A stretch of DNA of 28,967 nt from Desulfobacterales bacterium (GTDB lineage Bacteria > Desulfobacterota > Desulfobacteria > Desulfobacterales > JAHEIW01), in NCBI GenBank assembly GCA_050053555.1, contig JASFTL010000001.1, positions 1 to 28,967 of the forward strand, in the 5' to 3' direction. Position numbers and translations under genes: made by a program. Of this stretch, positions 28,109 through 28,967 are shown in pieces; position 1 is the first letter of the stretch, and each line of letters starts with the position of its first letter. The notes below the pieces were generated by a model that ran no database searches, was not told the origin of the DNA, and saw nothing but the letters and a program-made list of their open reading frames with translations.

Positions 28109-28967
28109 ATGGATCAAGCGCGCTTGTTAATAGCCATCGTCCTCTCTCTTCTTGTGTTTCTGGTCTGGCATTTTGTTTTTAATCCGCAACAACAGCCGCA
28201 GCGGGCAGCCAAGAAAGTTGAAGCCCCTGCAGCTGAAAAAGAACAACCGGTCCAGGAAAAAGAAAAGCCTTACATCGCAGAGACTGAAAAAATAGCTCCC
28301 CTTGCAGAAACAACCGCCACCCCGGCCACTCCTGAAATCGCCCGCACCATTACCGTGGATACGCCGCTTTATGAGGCCAAAATTTCAGAAAACGGCGCCG
28401 CCTTTTACAGTTTGCTTCTGAAGAACTACCGTGAATCCGTTGCCAGAGACGCCGCTCGAAAACAGATTCTCACCGGTGAGGAGAAATTGGGCATCGGACA
28501 GATTGGATTTGCCGGCCAGAGCATCCCGGGGTTGGCAGAAGGCATTTTTACTGCAGATCTGGCTTCCGACGAGCTGCAGGTGACTGACAGCTCTCGCGAC
28601 ATCACCTTTGCATGGCGCACGGACGACGGTATTCTGGTCCAAAAAACGTACACGTTCATACCGGATTCCTACATCGTGGGTATGGCAGTGACGGTCAATA
28701 ACGGATCGAGCCGGGTTCTTCAGGATAAGCTTTTTGTGACTTTAAACAGCAATGCGCCGAGTGATAAACGCCTGTATGCCTTTGAAGGACCCAGCGCTTA
28801 TATTAATAATCATCTTGAAGAAATTAAGACCAAAAAAATTAAAGACCAGAATACCTTTGAAGGTAAAATCAAGTGGGTTGCTTTGCAGAGCCGATATTTT
28901 ATGTCCGGCATCATACCCAATCAGATTGAGGATGCCAGTCTGCGATTGGCGCTAATATCGGATCAGT
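28109..28967 (+). CDS. yidC: Membrane protein insertase YidC (3'-partial, missing from the ORF track)
   Basis: AGGAG RBS; MDQARLLIAIVLSLLVFLVWHFVF TM1, then ITVDTPLYEAKISENGA periplasmic domain; frame runs off the window; synteny with rpmH-rnpA-yidD. Confidence 0.95.
   Translation, partial: MDQARLLIAIVLSLLVFLVWHFVFNPQQQPQRAAKKVEAPAAEKEQPVQEKEKPYIAETEKIAPLAETTATPATPEIARTITVDTPLYEAKISENGAAFYSLLLKNYRESVARDAARKQILTGEEKLGIGQIGFAGQSIPGLAEGIFTADLASDELQVTDSSRDITFAWRTDDGILVQKTYTFIPDSYIVGMAVTVNNGSSRVLQDKLFVTLNSNAPSDKRLYAFEGPSAYINNHLEEIKTKKIKDQNTFEGKIKWVALQSRYFMSGIIPNQIEDASLRLALISDQ

Overview
Chromosomal window from a bacterium, probably Desulfobacterota/deltaproteobacterial (inferred from gene content and synteny, not proven). 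Left: a 5'-partial M4 metalloprotease (PKD plus truncated GEVED, with an in-frame TAG in the propeptide) converges on a 2044-aa bacterial alpha-2-macroglobulin with an intact CxEQ thioester motif. Then a single-domain YegP, a cytidylate-kinase-like/BON protein, a small membrane protein, a divergent DUF1800-like/DUF1501 exported pair and asnS. Centre: an orphan FliD-like gene whose 5' region carries a near-consensus sigma28 promoter, a c-di-GMP-I (GEMM-I) riboswitch and an intrinsic terminator. Next come two tandem exported proteins sharing a coiled coil + TPKLAAIP junction + DUF1566 module but with different N-termini (caspase-like, and an unknown lipoprotein domain). Right: DegP/HtrA, a TIGR03960/TIGR03936 radical SAM fusion, rng, and rpmH-rnpA-yidD-yidC (partial). 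Three intergenic tandem 7-mer or 9-mer repeat elements, two clearly with inverted arms, are present. I saw no CRISPR array, tRNA, rRNA, transposase or reverse transcriptase. All calls were made by eye from motifs; no database searches were run.
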